Assembly: GCA_050951765.1 (NCBI GenBank)
Contig: JBMNJR010000009.1
Coordinates: 8,547-72,546 of the forward strand
Length of the DNA stretch: 64,000 nt
Reading direction: 5' to 3'
DNA from: a bacterium
GTDB taxonomy: Bacteria > Bacillota > DTU030 > JBMNJR01
The notes under the pieces were generated by a model. That model was given only the letters and a program-made list of their open reading frames with translations, ran no database searches and had not been told where the DNA came from. Positions 51,938 through 62,014 of this stretch are shown here, piece after piece. Each line of letters starts with the position of its first letter. Within the stretch, counting starts at the first letter, position 1. Made by a program: the position numbers and the translations under genes.

Positions 51938-51953
51938 AAGAGGGGATTTCTTC

Positions 51954-53726
51954 ATGGGTAAGCATTTATTACTTACTTTTCTTATTTTGGTTTTGGCAGT
52001 TTCGCTCACAGCCTGTGGAGGCGAACCGGTGGTTGAAGAAGAACCGGTAGTCCCGGTAGCGGTTAAAGCTGTTGGCTACGGGCAGGTTGTACAGCAGGAA
52101 AGGGTTGGCGGTAAGCTTGCGGCACAGGAGCAGGTGAATATTGTGCCTCAGTTGGGCGGTAAAATCGAAGCGGTTAATGTTTCCACCGGCGATTTCGTAG
52201 AAGCCGGTCAAGTATTGGTTCGTTTGGAAACATCTGATCTTGAGCAGCAGATAAGACAAGCGGAAGCCGGGGTAGAGGTTGCCAGTGCTCAGCTCAATAG
52301 GGCTTTGGCTGGCGCCGGTGAGGAAGAATTAATACAGTTGGCTTCGATGGTATCGCAAGCGGAAACAGCGGTAGAGGCTGTTTTATTAAGTCTGAATGCG
52401 TTTGCGGATGATTTTTCTCCTGCCCACCAGCAGGTACTGGCAGCAGAGGCGCAATATCGTCAAGCCCGGTTAGCCCGGGAACAGGCAGAAAATCAGCTCT
52501 ATCAAGTTGCCCATGGCAGTGCGGCAGAACAGGTGGAAATGGGAGTAGACCAGGCTCGAAAGGCCAGGGAGTTGCTGGAAGATGCAATTGAATCAATGGA
52601 GGGAGAGATTGAACAGCTGGCGAAGGCGATTACAGGACTGCAAACGACAATCGCTACATACAAAGAAGAGTTAGAGGGCGAAGAGGATCCGGAAAAAAGA
52701 GCGGAATTAATGGCGGAAATTGAAGCGGCAGAAGAGGAGCTAGCTGTTGCCATAAAGGGAAAAATGGAGCTGGAAGCGTCCTTAAAGAACCTGAAGGCAG
52801 AATATGAGCTGTCTGAATATCAGGTAGATAGTGCGAAATTGGCCCGGCGGAAATTACAATTGGAAACACTAAAACAGGCCGAGTTAGCTGTGGAGCAGGC
52901 AGAGGCGGCGGAAAGTGCAGCCTTAGCGCAGCTACAGATGGCGAGAAAGGGGCTGACCCAACAGGAGCAATTAATTCTAGGGCAAAAACGGCAGGCGGAA
53001 GCTAGTTTGGAGGCAGCAAAGGCGCGGCTTAAGCAGGCGGAAAAGGGAGCGCGGGAAGAAGATCTTGCAGCAGCAGAAGCAGCAGTGAAACAAGCTAAAG
53101 CGGCTCTGGCTTTAGCCAGGAGTCAGCTGGAGAAGAATGTTATCCGGGCGCCGATTGCAGGCCAGGCTATGGCAGTGACGGCGCAAGTAGGGGAGTTGGC
53201 AGGGCCTTCCATGCCCCTTTTAACCATTGTTAACGGGAAAATGCTTAAAGTGGAATTTAATCTAACCCAGCGCTTGATCAATACGGTAGCTCCCGGTGAT
53301 GAAGTAAAGGTGCTTTTCACTTCTATGCCGGATCGGGAGTTTACTGCTGTGATCACTGCTGTTTCGCCAGCAGTTGATCCCAGAACCGGGGTTTTTCCGG
53401 TGGAAGCAGTTTTGGATAATAGTGAGGGCATGTTAAGACCGGGAATTTTTGCTGATGTCCAATTGGTAACTGCCGCCAGCAGTGGCAGTACGGTAGTAAT
53501 TCCGGCAGCAGCAATCTTGAACGAAGGAGAAGAAAGCTATGTCTATATAGTTAAAGACGGAAGAGCAGTAAAACAGTTAGTTACCTTAGGTTTGGCAGAC
53601 GAGGAACAAGTGGAAGTATTGACCGGTTTAGCGGTAGGAGATCAATTGGTGTATAGGGGCCAACACTACCTGGAAGCAGGTATGAAGGTTCGCATTGCGG
53701 AAGGTTCGGGGGGTGCAACCTCATGA
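51954..53726 (+). CDS. RND efflux adaptor (MFP) lipoprotein with very long coiled coil
   Basis: Lipobox LTAC, lipoyl halves (GDFVEAGQ; IRAPIAG), LRPGIF, GL..GD. Confidence 0.88.
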   Translation: MGKHLLLTFLILVLAVSLTACGGEPVVEEEPVVPVAVKAVGYGQVVQQERVGGKLAAQEQVNIVPQLGGKIEAVNVSTGDFVEAGQVLVRLETSDLEQQIRQAEAGVEVASAQLNRALAGAGEEELIQLASMVSQAETAVEAVLLSLNAFADDFSPAHQQVLAAEAQYRQARLAREQAENQLYQVAHGSAAEQVEMGVDQARKARELLEDAIESMEGEIEQLAKAITGLQTTIATYKEELEGEEDPEKRAELMAEIEAAEEELAVAIKGKMELEASLKNLKAEYELSEYQVDSAKLARRKLQLETLKQAELAVEQAEAAESAALAQLQMARKGLTQQEQLILGQKRQAEASLEAAKARLKQAEKGAREEDLAAAEAAVKQAKAALALARSQLEKNVIRAPIAGQAMAVTAQVGELAGPSMPLLTIVNGKMLKVEFNLTQRLINTVAPGDEVKVLFTSMPDREFTAVITAVSPAVDPRTGVFPVEAVLDNSEGMLRPGIFADVQLVTAASSGSTVVIPAAAILNEGEESYVYIVKDGRAVKQLVTLGLADEEQVEVLTGLAVGDQLVYRGQHYLEAGMKVRIAEGSGGATS

Positions 53727-56700
53727 GCCTGTCCGGTTTTGCCATCAAGCGTCCTATTACAGTTTTGATGCTGGTATTAGTTGTTCTCCTAATGGGATTT
53801 GTATCTTTAAGCAGAGTTGGAATTGACCTGCTGCCGGAAATGAATTTTCCGGTCATCGCTGTGATGACCGATTACAGCGGGGTAGGACCGCAGGAGATTG
53901 AATCATTGCTTACGCGGCCGTTAGAAGAGATATTAGGCACAGTGACCAATGTCAATAACATTACCTCCATTTCTTCAGCCGGGAGTTCGATCATAATAGT
54001 GGAGTTTGCTTGGGGCACTGATATGGATTTCGCAGCTTTGGAGATGCGAGAAAAAATCGATATGATTAAGGGCTGGCTTCCAGCTGACGCGGGCCAGCCT
54101 CTGGTTTTTAAGTTTGATCCTTCAATGATGCCGGTGCATGCTAATTGGCCTAGGCGGAATGGATGATATAGCCCGCTTAAAGGACTTGGCTGAGGATACG
54201 ATAAAGCCCCGCTTAGAACGCTTGGAAGGTGTGGCCTCGGTAACAGTTGAAGGAGGGGTACAGCGGGAGATCCAGGTTAATCTACACCGGGCGGCTTTAG
54301 CCGGGTACGGTTTGGATTTAGACCGAATAGTGCAGGTTTTGGCAGCAGGAAACTTAAATCTTCCCGGCGGCACCATTCGCGATCGGGGACAGGAATTTTT
54401 GCTGCGGACTACTGGAGAATTTCGCAGTGTGGAGGATGTTAAAAATCTCCCCTTGATGACCGGTGCTGGTGTACCCATAAAAATCAGTGATCTGGGCACA
54501 GTGGAAGACGGTTTTGCCGATGTTTCTCAAATGGCATACTTAAATAGTAAGCCCGCCATTGGGATCCAAGTACAAAAGAAAACCGGAGCGAATACAGTCC
54601 AGGTGGGTCAAGCAGTAAAGGCTGAACTAAAAAAAATAAACACCCAGTATCCGGAGCTTAGTTTTATTAATGTATTCGATCAATCGGAGTTCATTGAGAA
54701 AACGGTTAATAGTATGGGTCGCAACGCTTTTACAGGAGCATTACTGGCGATTTTTGTTTTGTTATTGTTTTTGCAGAATTTCCGTTCCACCCTTGTTATT
54801 GCCACAGCTATTCCGATTTCAGTGGTGGCGACCTTTATCTTAGTACACTTTGCCGGCCTCACCATGAATATCATGACCTTGGGGGGTGTAGCCTTAGGGG
54901 TTGGAATGTTGGTGGATAATGCCATTGTGGTATTGGAAAACATCTACCGGTTTCGAGAAAAAGGATACGGCCGTATGGAGGCTGCCCGTTTAGGTGCAGA
55001 CGAGGTGGGTCTGGCAGTTACCGCTTCAACTTTGACCACTGTAGGTGTCTTTCTTCCCATTGTTTATATTGAAGGAATGATTTCTGAGATCTTCCGCCAG
55101 TTAGCCTTAACTGTTACCTTTTCCTTATTGGTCTCCCTATTGGTTTCTTTAACTTTGGTTCCGTTACTTTCTTCCCGGTTTCTAAAGCTAGAAGAGAATG
55201 ACAAGAATAATAACGGTATTTTAAAGCGTTATTCCCATAGGTTTTTAGCCAAGTTAGCCCAGTTGGAAGAAAGGTATGGTAAGGCTTTGCGGTGGTGTTT
55301 AGCCAACCGGAAAAAGGTACTGGCACTAGCAGTGGCTTTCTTCATCCTCAGTTTAGTTTTTATTCCCCTGATAGGGGCAGAGTTTTTTCCCGGCTTTGAT
55401 GAGGGTAGGATCAGTATCAATGTTAATTTGCCCATTGGCAGCAGTTTAGCGGAAACGGAAGCAGTAGGGCTGGAGGTAGGAGAAATGGTTGCCCGGCTAC
55501 CGGAAGTGGCGGAGGTGTTCCTGACTGTTGGCAGCGGTGGACAAATGAGTATGGGCGGAAGCAGCTCTGACCGGGCCAATCTTGATATTAGTTTGGTTCC
55601 GTTGGAACTGCGGGAGCAGAGTACAGAAGAGGTGGCGGAGAAACTGCGGCATTTAGTGCAGGATATTCCGGGAGCGGAGATCAATGTCAATTCAATGGGC
55701 ATGTTAAGTGCAGAAGTAGGGGGCGGTGCTGCTGTTAGTATTGGCATTAAGGGTGATGATCTGTTTGTGCTGGGTGAATTGGCGGAAGCAGTTAAGGCGG
55801 CGATTGAAGATATACCCGGGATTCGTGATGTCGAGACATCCTTAAGCGAAGGGCGACCGGAAATACAGATACGTCCCGATCGGAATCGTTTAGCACAAGT
55901 GGGTTTGACCACCGGCCAGATAGCCCGCGCAGTAGATGCTGCTTTGCGGGGTCAAGTGGCAACCAAGCTGCGGCTTGCCGGGGAAGAAATAGATATTAGA
56001 GTGCGGTTGGCTAACATTAACACGGCGCGGGAATTGGAAGGGTTAGTTATTACTACGCCGTTAGGGCAGCAACTGGTTCTAGGAGATATGGCTGAATTTG
56101 TGGTGGCAGAAGGGCCGCAGAGTATTCAGCGGGAAAACCAGGTGCGGGTAGTAACAGTATCAGCCGGTATTACAGGGCGTGATTTAGGCAGTGTGATGGC
56201 TGACGTGCAGCGGCAACTGGCCCTTATTCCCTTACCGGAGGGTTACTACCTGGAATATGGCGGAGAATATCAAGAGATGGCCGACGCTTTTAGTGGGTTG
56301 GGCTTGGCCTTAGTGCTGGCTATTGTCATTGTTTATGCAGTTTTAGCAGCCCAGTTTGAATCCTTACTGCACCCTTTTACCATTATGTTTTCGGTGCCCT
56401 TTGCTTTCACCGGGGCAGTGTTAGGCCTTTTCCTCACAGGACATAATTTAAATGTTCCTTCTGCTATTGGCGGAATAATGTTGGTCGGGATTGTGGTCAA
56501 TAATGCCATTGTGCTGGTAGATTATATTAACATCTTGCGGGAGCGGGGGATGGAATTGACGGAAGCTATCATTACTGCGGGCAAAACCCGGCTCCGACCG
56601 ATTCTCATGACTACATTAACTACTATTTTGGGTTTGTTCCCCTTGGCATTAGGAATTGGCGAAGGGGCGGAAGCGCAGGCCCCCTTGGCAACCGTTGTTA

Positions 56701-56828
56701 TGGGCGGTCTGCTTTGTTCCACTTTACTTACACTGCTCTTGGTTCCTACTCTCTATACTGTTGTGGATGGTATCAGGTTTAATATTAGTTTTGCTAGTTT
56801 GCACAGGGGCATTTCCCGCAGGCAATAA
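53723..56828 (+). CDS. RND efflux permease (AcrB/SwrC-like), +1 frameshift near 54137
   Basis: IKRPIT, GMLVDNAIVVLENI, GIVVNNAIVLVD, RLRPILMT. Confidence 0.92.
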
Positions 56829-56831
56829 AAA

Positions 56832-56885
56832 AAGGGGACGTTTCTCCTGTCCTATTTTTTGTTAAGACAGGAGAAACGTCCCCTT
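56832..56885. repeat. REP-like perfect palindrome, copy 1
   Basis: AAGGGGACGTTTCTCCTGTC-N14-GACAGGAGAAACGTCCCCTT. Confidence 0.9.
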
Positions 56886-56918
56886 AATTTGCCCTTATCC
56901 AGGGTTGCTTACATATTG

Positions 56919-57455
56919 CTAGTAGTTTTCTGCCAGCAGCTCATAGAAGGATTGTGGATGAGCGCAGGCGGGGCAAACTGTTGGTGCTTCTTTGCCCGTA
57001 TGGATATAACCGCAATTGCGGCAGTGCCATTTTACCATTTCATCCCGCTTAAATACCTTACCTTCTTCCAGGTTTCTCAGCAGCGCTAAGAAGCGTTTCT
57101 CATGCTCTTCTTCCACTTCGCCTACCTCTTGGAAATACTCGGCGATTTCATCGAACCCTTCTTCCCGGGCAACTTGGGCAAATTCTTTGTACATTGTGGT
57201 CCATTCGTAGTTTTCGCCGTCTGCCGCAGCTTTTAAATTAGCAGCAGTGTCACCGATTTCCCCTAAGTATTTTGCCCACATTTTTGCATGAGCCCGTTCG
57301 TTCTCAGCTGTCTCCAAGAAAATACCGGCGATTTGCTCAAAACCCTCTTTTTTTGCTACACCGGCGAAAAATGTATACTTGTTTCTGGCCATAGACTCGC
57401 CGGCAAAGGCTGCTTGTAAATTCTTTTCCGTCCGACTTCCCTTCAGTTCTGCCAT
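56919..57455 (-). CDS. rbr: Rubrerythrin
   Basis: [28 protein letters not shown]. Confidence 0.95.
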   Translation of the reverse strand: MAELKGSRTEKNLQAAFAGESMARNKYTFFAGVAKKEGFEQIAGIFLETAENERAHAKMWAKYLGEIGDTAANLKAAADGENYEWTTMYKEFAQVAREEGFDEIAEYFQEVGEVEEEHEKRFLALLRNLEEGKVFKRDEMVKWHCRNCGYIHTGKEAPTVCPACAHPQSFYELLAENY

Positions 57456-57546
57456 TGGTAAAACCCTCCTTTGGTATGTACTATTGCTATAATAATAATA
57501 TATTATCAGATTTTATTCCAGGTATTTACGAGATTATTTCTAAAAC

Positions 57547-57599
57547 AAGGGGACGTTTCTCCTGTCCTATTTTCGCTGGGACAGGAGAAACGTCCCCTT
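57547..57599. repeat. REP-like perfect palindrome, copy 2
   Basis: AAGGGGACGTTTCTCCTGTCC-N11-GGACAGGAGAAACGTCCCCTT. Confidence 0.9.
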
Positions 57600-57603
57600 A
57601 TTC

Positions 57604-58686
57604 TTAAAGCATATAGTTTATTTCTATTTGGGGATGATGGGTTAAATCAATATCAATGGGTTGAGATAAAGTACGGCCTTCTTGATCTTTGAAAATACGG
57701 ATAATTGGGCGAGTAGTTTGTTCCGGTTTTACTTCTACCACTACTCCCAACTGGCCGTTATTGAGGTGCACTACAGAACCTAAGGGATACATTGCGATAC
57801 ACTTGGTAAAGATTTTTACAAGCTGCTGGTCAAAGTGCGTACCACTGCCGCTGGTAATGAATTTTGCTGCCTGGTGGGGCAGGTAGCGCTTCCGGTAAAC
57901 CCGATCAGAGATAAGGGCATCATAAACATCACAGATGGCGGATAAGCGTCCGAGAAAACTAATTTGTTGATCACGCAAACTGTATGGATAGCCTCTGCCA
58001 TCAACCCGTTCATGATGTTCTAAACTAATTTGTGCACTGGCGGGGGTAATCTCTTTTGTACGACAGAGAAGTTCATAGCCAAGGGTAGTATGTTTTTTCA
58101 TCTGTTGGTATTCTTCCGGTGTCAGGGGCTTTGGTTTAGTTAGGATATTGCCGGGAACCAGTGCTTTTCCCACATCATGGAGGAGGGTACCAATCCCCAA
58201 TTCCCTGATTGTTGCCAACTTCAATCCAGCTTGCTTACCCATCATGATCGCCAAGATACAGACATTTACCGAATGGAGAAAGGTATAATCGTGGGCATTC
58301 TTTAATTCTAAGAAGTCCATCACCAATTTACCGGAGGTGGAGATATCTTGCAAAATGTTTTCTACTGCCTCCTTAATCTGGGGTATGTATTCATCTAGGT
58401 TTAGGTTATCTTTTGGGCCTATTTTAGAGTTTATATTTTTGAGTATTTTTTTCATTAACCGGGCGGTTTGGAGTCTGGTGTGATCTTGAACGGGGCTACG
58501 AATATCCACATCCAGGGTCCGCTCGTCCCAAATATAAACGGAAGGGATGCCTAGCTGGTGCAGCTTTTTGATATAATGGCTGGTCAGTTGTACTCCGGCG
58601 GCTAAAAGTAAGGTACCGTCAACGCCAAGGATGTTCCGGCCAACGATCATTCCCGGTCTAAGGTTATGCAAGTGAATATTTTGCAT
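57604..58686 (-). CDS. HD-GYP domain phosphodiesterase
   Basis: HSVNV, LHDVGK, HHERVDGRGYP, DVYDAL..R.Y; ATG after GGAGG. Confidence 0.92.
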   Translation of the reverse strand: MQNIHLHNLRPGMIVGRNILGVDGTLLLAAGVQLTSHYIKKLHQLGIPSVYIWDERTLDVDIRSPVQDHTRLQTARLMKKILKNINSKIGPKDNLNLDEYIPQIKEAVENILQDISTSGKLVMDFLELKNAHDYTFLHSVNVCILAIMMGKQAGLKLATIRELGIGTLLHDVGKALVPGNILTKPKPLTPEEYQQMKKHTTLGYELLCRTKEITPASAQISLEHHERVDGRGYPYSLRDQQISFLGRLSAICDVYDALISDRVYRKRYLPHQAAKFITSGSGTHFDQQLVKIFTKCIAMYPLGSVVHLNNGQLGVVVEVKPEQTTRPIIRIFKDQEGRTLSQPIDIDLTHHPQIEINYML

Positions 58687-59012
58687 TTTTTGATGCCTCC
58701 GATAATAAATTATGCGCTCCAACACGACCGGGCCAACGGCATAGATATGGCCATCAAATAACTGGTAAACATCTTTTAGAGTAGACGCCTATGCCGGTTT
58801 CCGGCACGGCAAAAAAATAAAATTATGCCTCACGTGCTTTAGGCATCCTCTTTTATAATCGTGGCGGAGTGCTTGTCCAGAACCGTTTATTTAGAACTAA
58901 AGGCGGAAGGTATGTCCGGGGCTCTTCCATTACCTTTTTTTCCAACAGGTCCAATTATTATTACAATTGTATAATTAATGTTTTTATTCGGTACCGGCTA
59001 ATATTTTCCTGC
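58687..59012 (-). promoter_or_regulatory. sigH-like promoter and structured 5' leader with terminator-like hairpin
   Basis: AGGA-N17-GAAT (59010-58986); ATGCCT..AGGCAT hairpin with T-rich tail (58846-58811). Confidence 0.5.
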
Positions 59013-59099
59013 TTAATTATTTCTCTCCATCTTTTCCAGAAAAAAGTCATGCCTAATTGCTGTTGCAGTTAAGCCTGACTAAAATTTATCCGGGACAAA

Positions 59100-59324
59100 T
59101 TAAACTGCTTGCACTTCTTTTACTTCTGGTACTTCCTGTTTGAGGATTCGTTCGATCCCCTGCTTTAATGTAATGCTAGACATGGGGCAACCGGCACAGG
59201 CCCCCTGCAATTTGACCTTAACGATGCCTTCCTTTTCAAGTACCTCTACTAATTGAACATCACCGCCGTCAGCCTGTAGGGAGGGACGTATCTTATCCAA
59301 TACTGCAACAACTTTTTCCTGCAA
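59100..59324 (-). CDS. NifU C-terminal (Nfu) Fe-S carrier
   Basis: [19 protein letters not shown]. Confidence 0.92.
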   Translation of the reverse strand: MQEKVVAVLDKIRPSLQADGGDVQLVEVLEKEGIVKVKLQGACAGCPMSSITLKQGIERILKQEVPEVKEVQAV

Positions 59325-59426
59325 TTATTTTCACCCCCTTATGGATTCATGCAACCATTATAGCACAATTGAGGAGAAAATTACCAGCAGCATGTGGGTT
59401 TCTTTGCAAATATTAGGGGAATGCAG

Positions 59427-59768
59427 TTATTTTTCGGAATTTGTAAAGGTTACAACCATACTTACTTCATTGCCGGCTTGTTCTGCAGTTTCGAACATTT
59501 GCCGCAAACCAGTCCAAACCTTTTCCGGGCTGCCACTGAAGTATGTCCCTGAAGGGCTTACTTGGGTGGTGATCCCTTGGTCTGTTAATTTTTTCAATGA
59601 ATTATTAATGATCGTATCAGAATCAGTAGTTTCCAATGGATATAAAGCTACATGACCGGAAAGCAAATTGAACACCTCCAAGTTATTTTCCTTTATTTTT
59701 ACCCGGAAATTTAGATTTATGCTCTTACCCTTGTCTGGAGGGAAAGAGAATGTTATAATGTCTATCAT
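59427..59768 (-). CDS. Hypothetical protein (possible YkoF/thiamine-binding-like fold; start uncertain)
   Basis: VALYPL..I...L..GI..VSPSGT.F.G pattern. Confidence 0.45.
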   Translation of the reverse strand: MIDIITFSFPPDKGKSINLNFRVKIKENNLEVFNLLSGHVALYPLETTDSDTIINNSLKKLTDQGITTQVSPSGTYFSGSPEKVWTGLRQMFETAEQAGNEVSMVVTFTNSEK

Positions 59769-59791
59769 GCAGATATAAATGTCTATGAAAT

Positions 59792-61099
59792 GTGGACAGG
59801 GAGGAGAAGATTGTGCTGCAGGAGATTAAGATTGGACTTTTAGGTTTGGGCACTGTGGGTTCCGGTGTATACCGTATTTTGACCGAAAGGCAGAAATTTT
59901 TAGCGCAAAAGACGGGATTAAACTTCATTCCAAAGCGGATTTTGGTGCGCGATCTTGGCCGGAAACGTGCGGTTGCGGTTGACCCCGGGTTATTGACAAC
60001 CGATCCTACGCAAGTAGTTGCACATCCGGAGATTGACTTGGTGGTCGAAGTCTTAGGAGGTGTGGAACCAGCCCGGAGTTTGATTGCCGCTGCTCTACAA
60101 GCCAAAAAATCAGTAATAACTGCCAACAAGGAGCTAATAGCGACACACGGGGCACAATTGTACCAATTAGCCAGGGAACAGGGAGTTGATCTTTTTTTTG
60201 AGGCCAGTGTGGCCGGAGGTATTCCAATCCTTGGTCCCCTGCAACATTCATTGGCAGGGGAAGATATTGAAGCTGTCTATGGCATAGTCAATGGGACTAC
60301 CAATTACATCCTTACCGCTATGACTGAGCAAGCTCGTTCTTATGCTGACGTGTTGGCTGAAGCTCAAGCTTTAGGGTATGCAGAGGCTGATCCCACCGCT
60401 GACGTGGCTGGGCATGATGCTGCCCGGAAACTTGCAATTTTGGCTGCCCTGGCTTTTGACCAATACGTCGATTTGGATGATGTTTATTGTGAAGGGATTG
60501 AAAAAATAAAACCTGCTGATATTGCTTTTGCCTCTCAATTGGGTTATGTAGTTAAACTGGTGGCTATTGCGCGGAAAAAAGCTGCCGGATTGGAGGCAAG
60601 AGTGCATCCGGCCTTAGTGCCAGCAGGACATCCCTTAGCAGGAATAAAGGGAGTATTTAATGGTATAATTGTAGAAGGTTGGGCGGTAGGTTCCTTATTA
60701 TTTACTGGTGCCGGGGCCGGGCAAATGCCAACCGGCAGTGCCGTGGTCGGTGACATTGTGGCAGCAGCAAAAAACTATGTAGCAGGGCAGCGTGGCAAGC
60801 CGGGATTGGGTTTTGTGAAAAAGAGCAGGGTCTTGCCAATGGAAGAGGTAGAAAACAGTTATTATCTCCGTTTGCAGGTGGAGGCAGGGACTATGGCTGT
60901 GGCGAAAGTAGTGCGCCACTTAAGCGAAGCAGGGGTAGAGTTGAAAACACTTGAGATCTGCAAAGGGAATGAACAGGTAGATTTAATACTTAAGACCGGC
61001 GCGGTTAAAGAAGGTATTTTCATGCAGGTGTTATCACTTTTGCAGGCAGAGCGTGATATCAAACAGGTAGATGCAGTAATTCGTTGCCTGGTAGAATAA
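59792..61099 (+). CDS. hom: Homoserine dehydrogenase with ACT domain
   Basis: GLGTVG, TANK, FEASVAGGIP, NGTTNYIL, GYAEADP. Confidence 0.95.
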   Translation: MDREEKIVLQEIKIGLLGLGTVGSGVYRILTERQKFLAQKTGLNFIPKRILVRDLGRKRAVAVDPGLLTTDPTQVVAHPEIDLVVEVLGGVEPARSLIAAALQAKKSVITANKELIATHGAQLYQLAREQGVDLFFEASVAGGIPILGPLQHSLAGEDIEAVYGIVNGTTNYILTAMTEQARSYADVLAEAQALGYAEADPTADVAGHDAARKLAILAALAFDQYVDLDDVYCEGIEKIKPADIAFASQLGYVVKLVAIARKKAAGLEARVHPALVPAGHPLAGIKGVFNGIIVEGWAVGSLLFTGAGAGQMPTGSAVVGDIVAAAKNYVAGQRGKPGLGFVKKSRVLPMEEVENSYYLRLQVEAGTMAVAKVVRHLSEAGVELKTLEICKGNEQVDLILKTGAVKEGIFMQVLSLLQAERDIKQVDAVIRCLVE

Positions 61100-61108
61100 G
61101 ATGGAGGC

Positions 61109-61167
61109 TTGACTTGAACGGCTGGCCAGGGCTATAATTTATCTGACAAGGTTGACCTGACGGTCGG
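61109..61167 (+). promoter_or_regulatory. sigA promoter plus putative TetR autoregulatory operator
   Basis: TTGACT-N18-TATAAT, then TTGACCTGACGGTCGG. Confidence 0.7.
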
Positions 61168-61184
61168 GAAGAGGAGGGGCACTG

Positions 61185-61778
61185 ATGGCTGTCAGCTGTA
61201 GCAAAATTAATAAACGGAAAGCAATCTTAACAGCTGCCCGTCAAGTTTTCGCAGCTATGGGATTCCACCAGGCGCGGATAGAAGATATTGCCCGGGAGGC
61301 CGGTGTAGGTAAAGGGACGGTTTATGAGTATTTTAGCAGTAAAGAACAGCTGTATACGAAAATGATATTTGAGGTTGCCGATAGTTACATTACTGGGGTT
61401 GATACGGAGATAAGCAAGGAAGTTACATTGCCGGGGAAACTGGCTGGCATAGCAAGATTTCACCTTCAATTTATTGCCCAACACGGCCAGTTGGCGGAAA
61501 TGGCCATGCAGGATCCAGGCCACATTAATCAGACATTACGAAAAAGGCTGGCTCAGGTCAGTAAGCAGGTAATCCAAAGGGTAGCAGAAATAATTGGCGA
61601 AGCCATGGACACCGGTCAGTTCCGTTCAACCGATCCGGTGCTGGCTGCCAAGCTTTTTCTAGGTGGCCTATCTAATGTCATCAACCCCATGGGTGCGCAT
61701 GAAGGAAAGGTGGCTCCAGACACACTAAATATGATAGTAGACTTATTTCTACATGGAATAACTAAAGGTGAGGGTTAG
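61185..61778 (+). CDS. TetR/AcrR family regulator
   Basis: IAREAGVGKGTVYEYFSSKE HTH. Confidence 0.93.
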   Translation: MAVSCSKINKRKAILTAARQVFAAMGFHQARIEDIAREAGVGKGTVYEYFSSKEQLYTKMIFEVADSYITGVDTEISKEVTLPGKLAGIARFHLQFIAQHGQLAEMAMQDPGHINQTLRKRLAQVSKQVIQRVAEIIGEAMDTGQFRSTDPVLAAKLFLGGLSNVINPMGAHEGKVAPDTLNMIVDLFLHGITKGEG

Positions 61779-61942
61779 AAGAAACTGATTTGATAATAAG
61801 CACTAAGCTGCTGAATTTAATTTTCTCGAACATCTTACTGCTAACCTCTAAGAGCAAGCGTGCTTTGCCGGATAGTCCCCAATTTGAGTCTGTCTATAAA
61901 CTGTATAAACTGTGAGCGTTTAAACCCTCTTTTTTTATGCTA

Positions 61943-61971
61943 ACCCCCACAAATTGTTTTTTGTGTACGCA
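61943..61971 (+). promoter_or_regulatory. sigI-like promoter
   Basis: ACCCCC-N19-CGCA with AAA after the C-run. Confidence 0.5.
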
Positions 61972-62014
61972 TATGTATTACAGCAGGAAACATTGGAGGA
62001 GGGAAAAAGCAGGT

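Noticed and set aside
57488-57510. PerR/Fur box upstream of rbr
   Set aside because: Plausible, but only an AT-rich imperfect match; not distinguishable from background by eye
56832-57599. CRISPR array
   Set aside because: Only two palindromes about 700 bp apart around a gene; no repeat-spacer periodicity and no cas genes
58725-58810. c-di-GMP-I riboswitch
   Set aside because: A GAAA-like hairpin is present, but the GGCAAA and CGCAAA core and P2 receptor are not found in sense orientation
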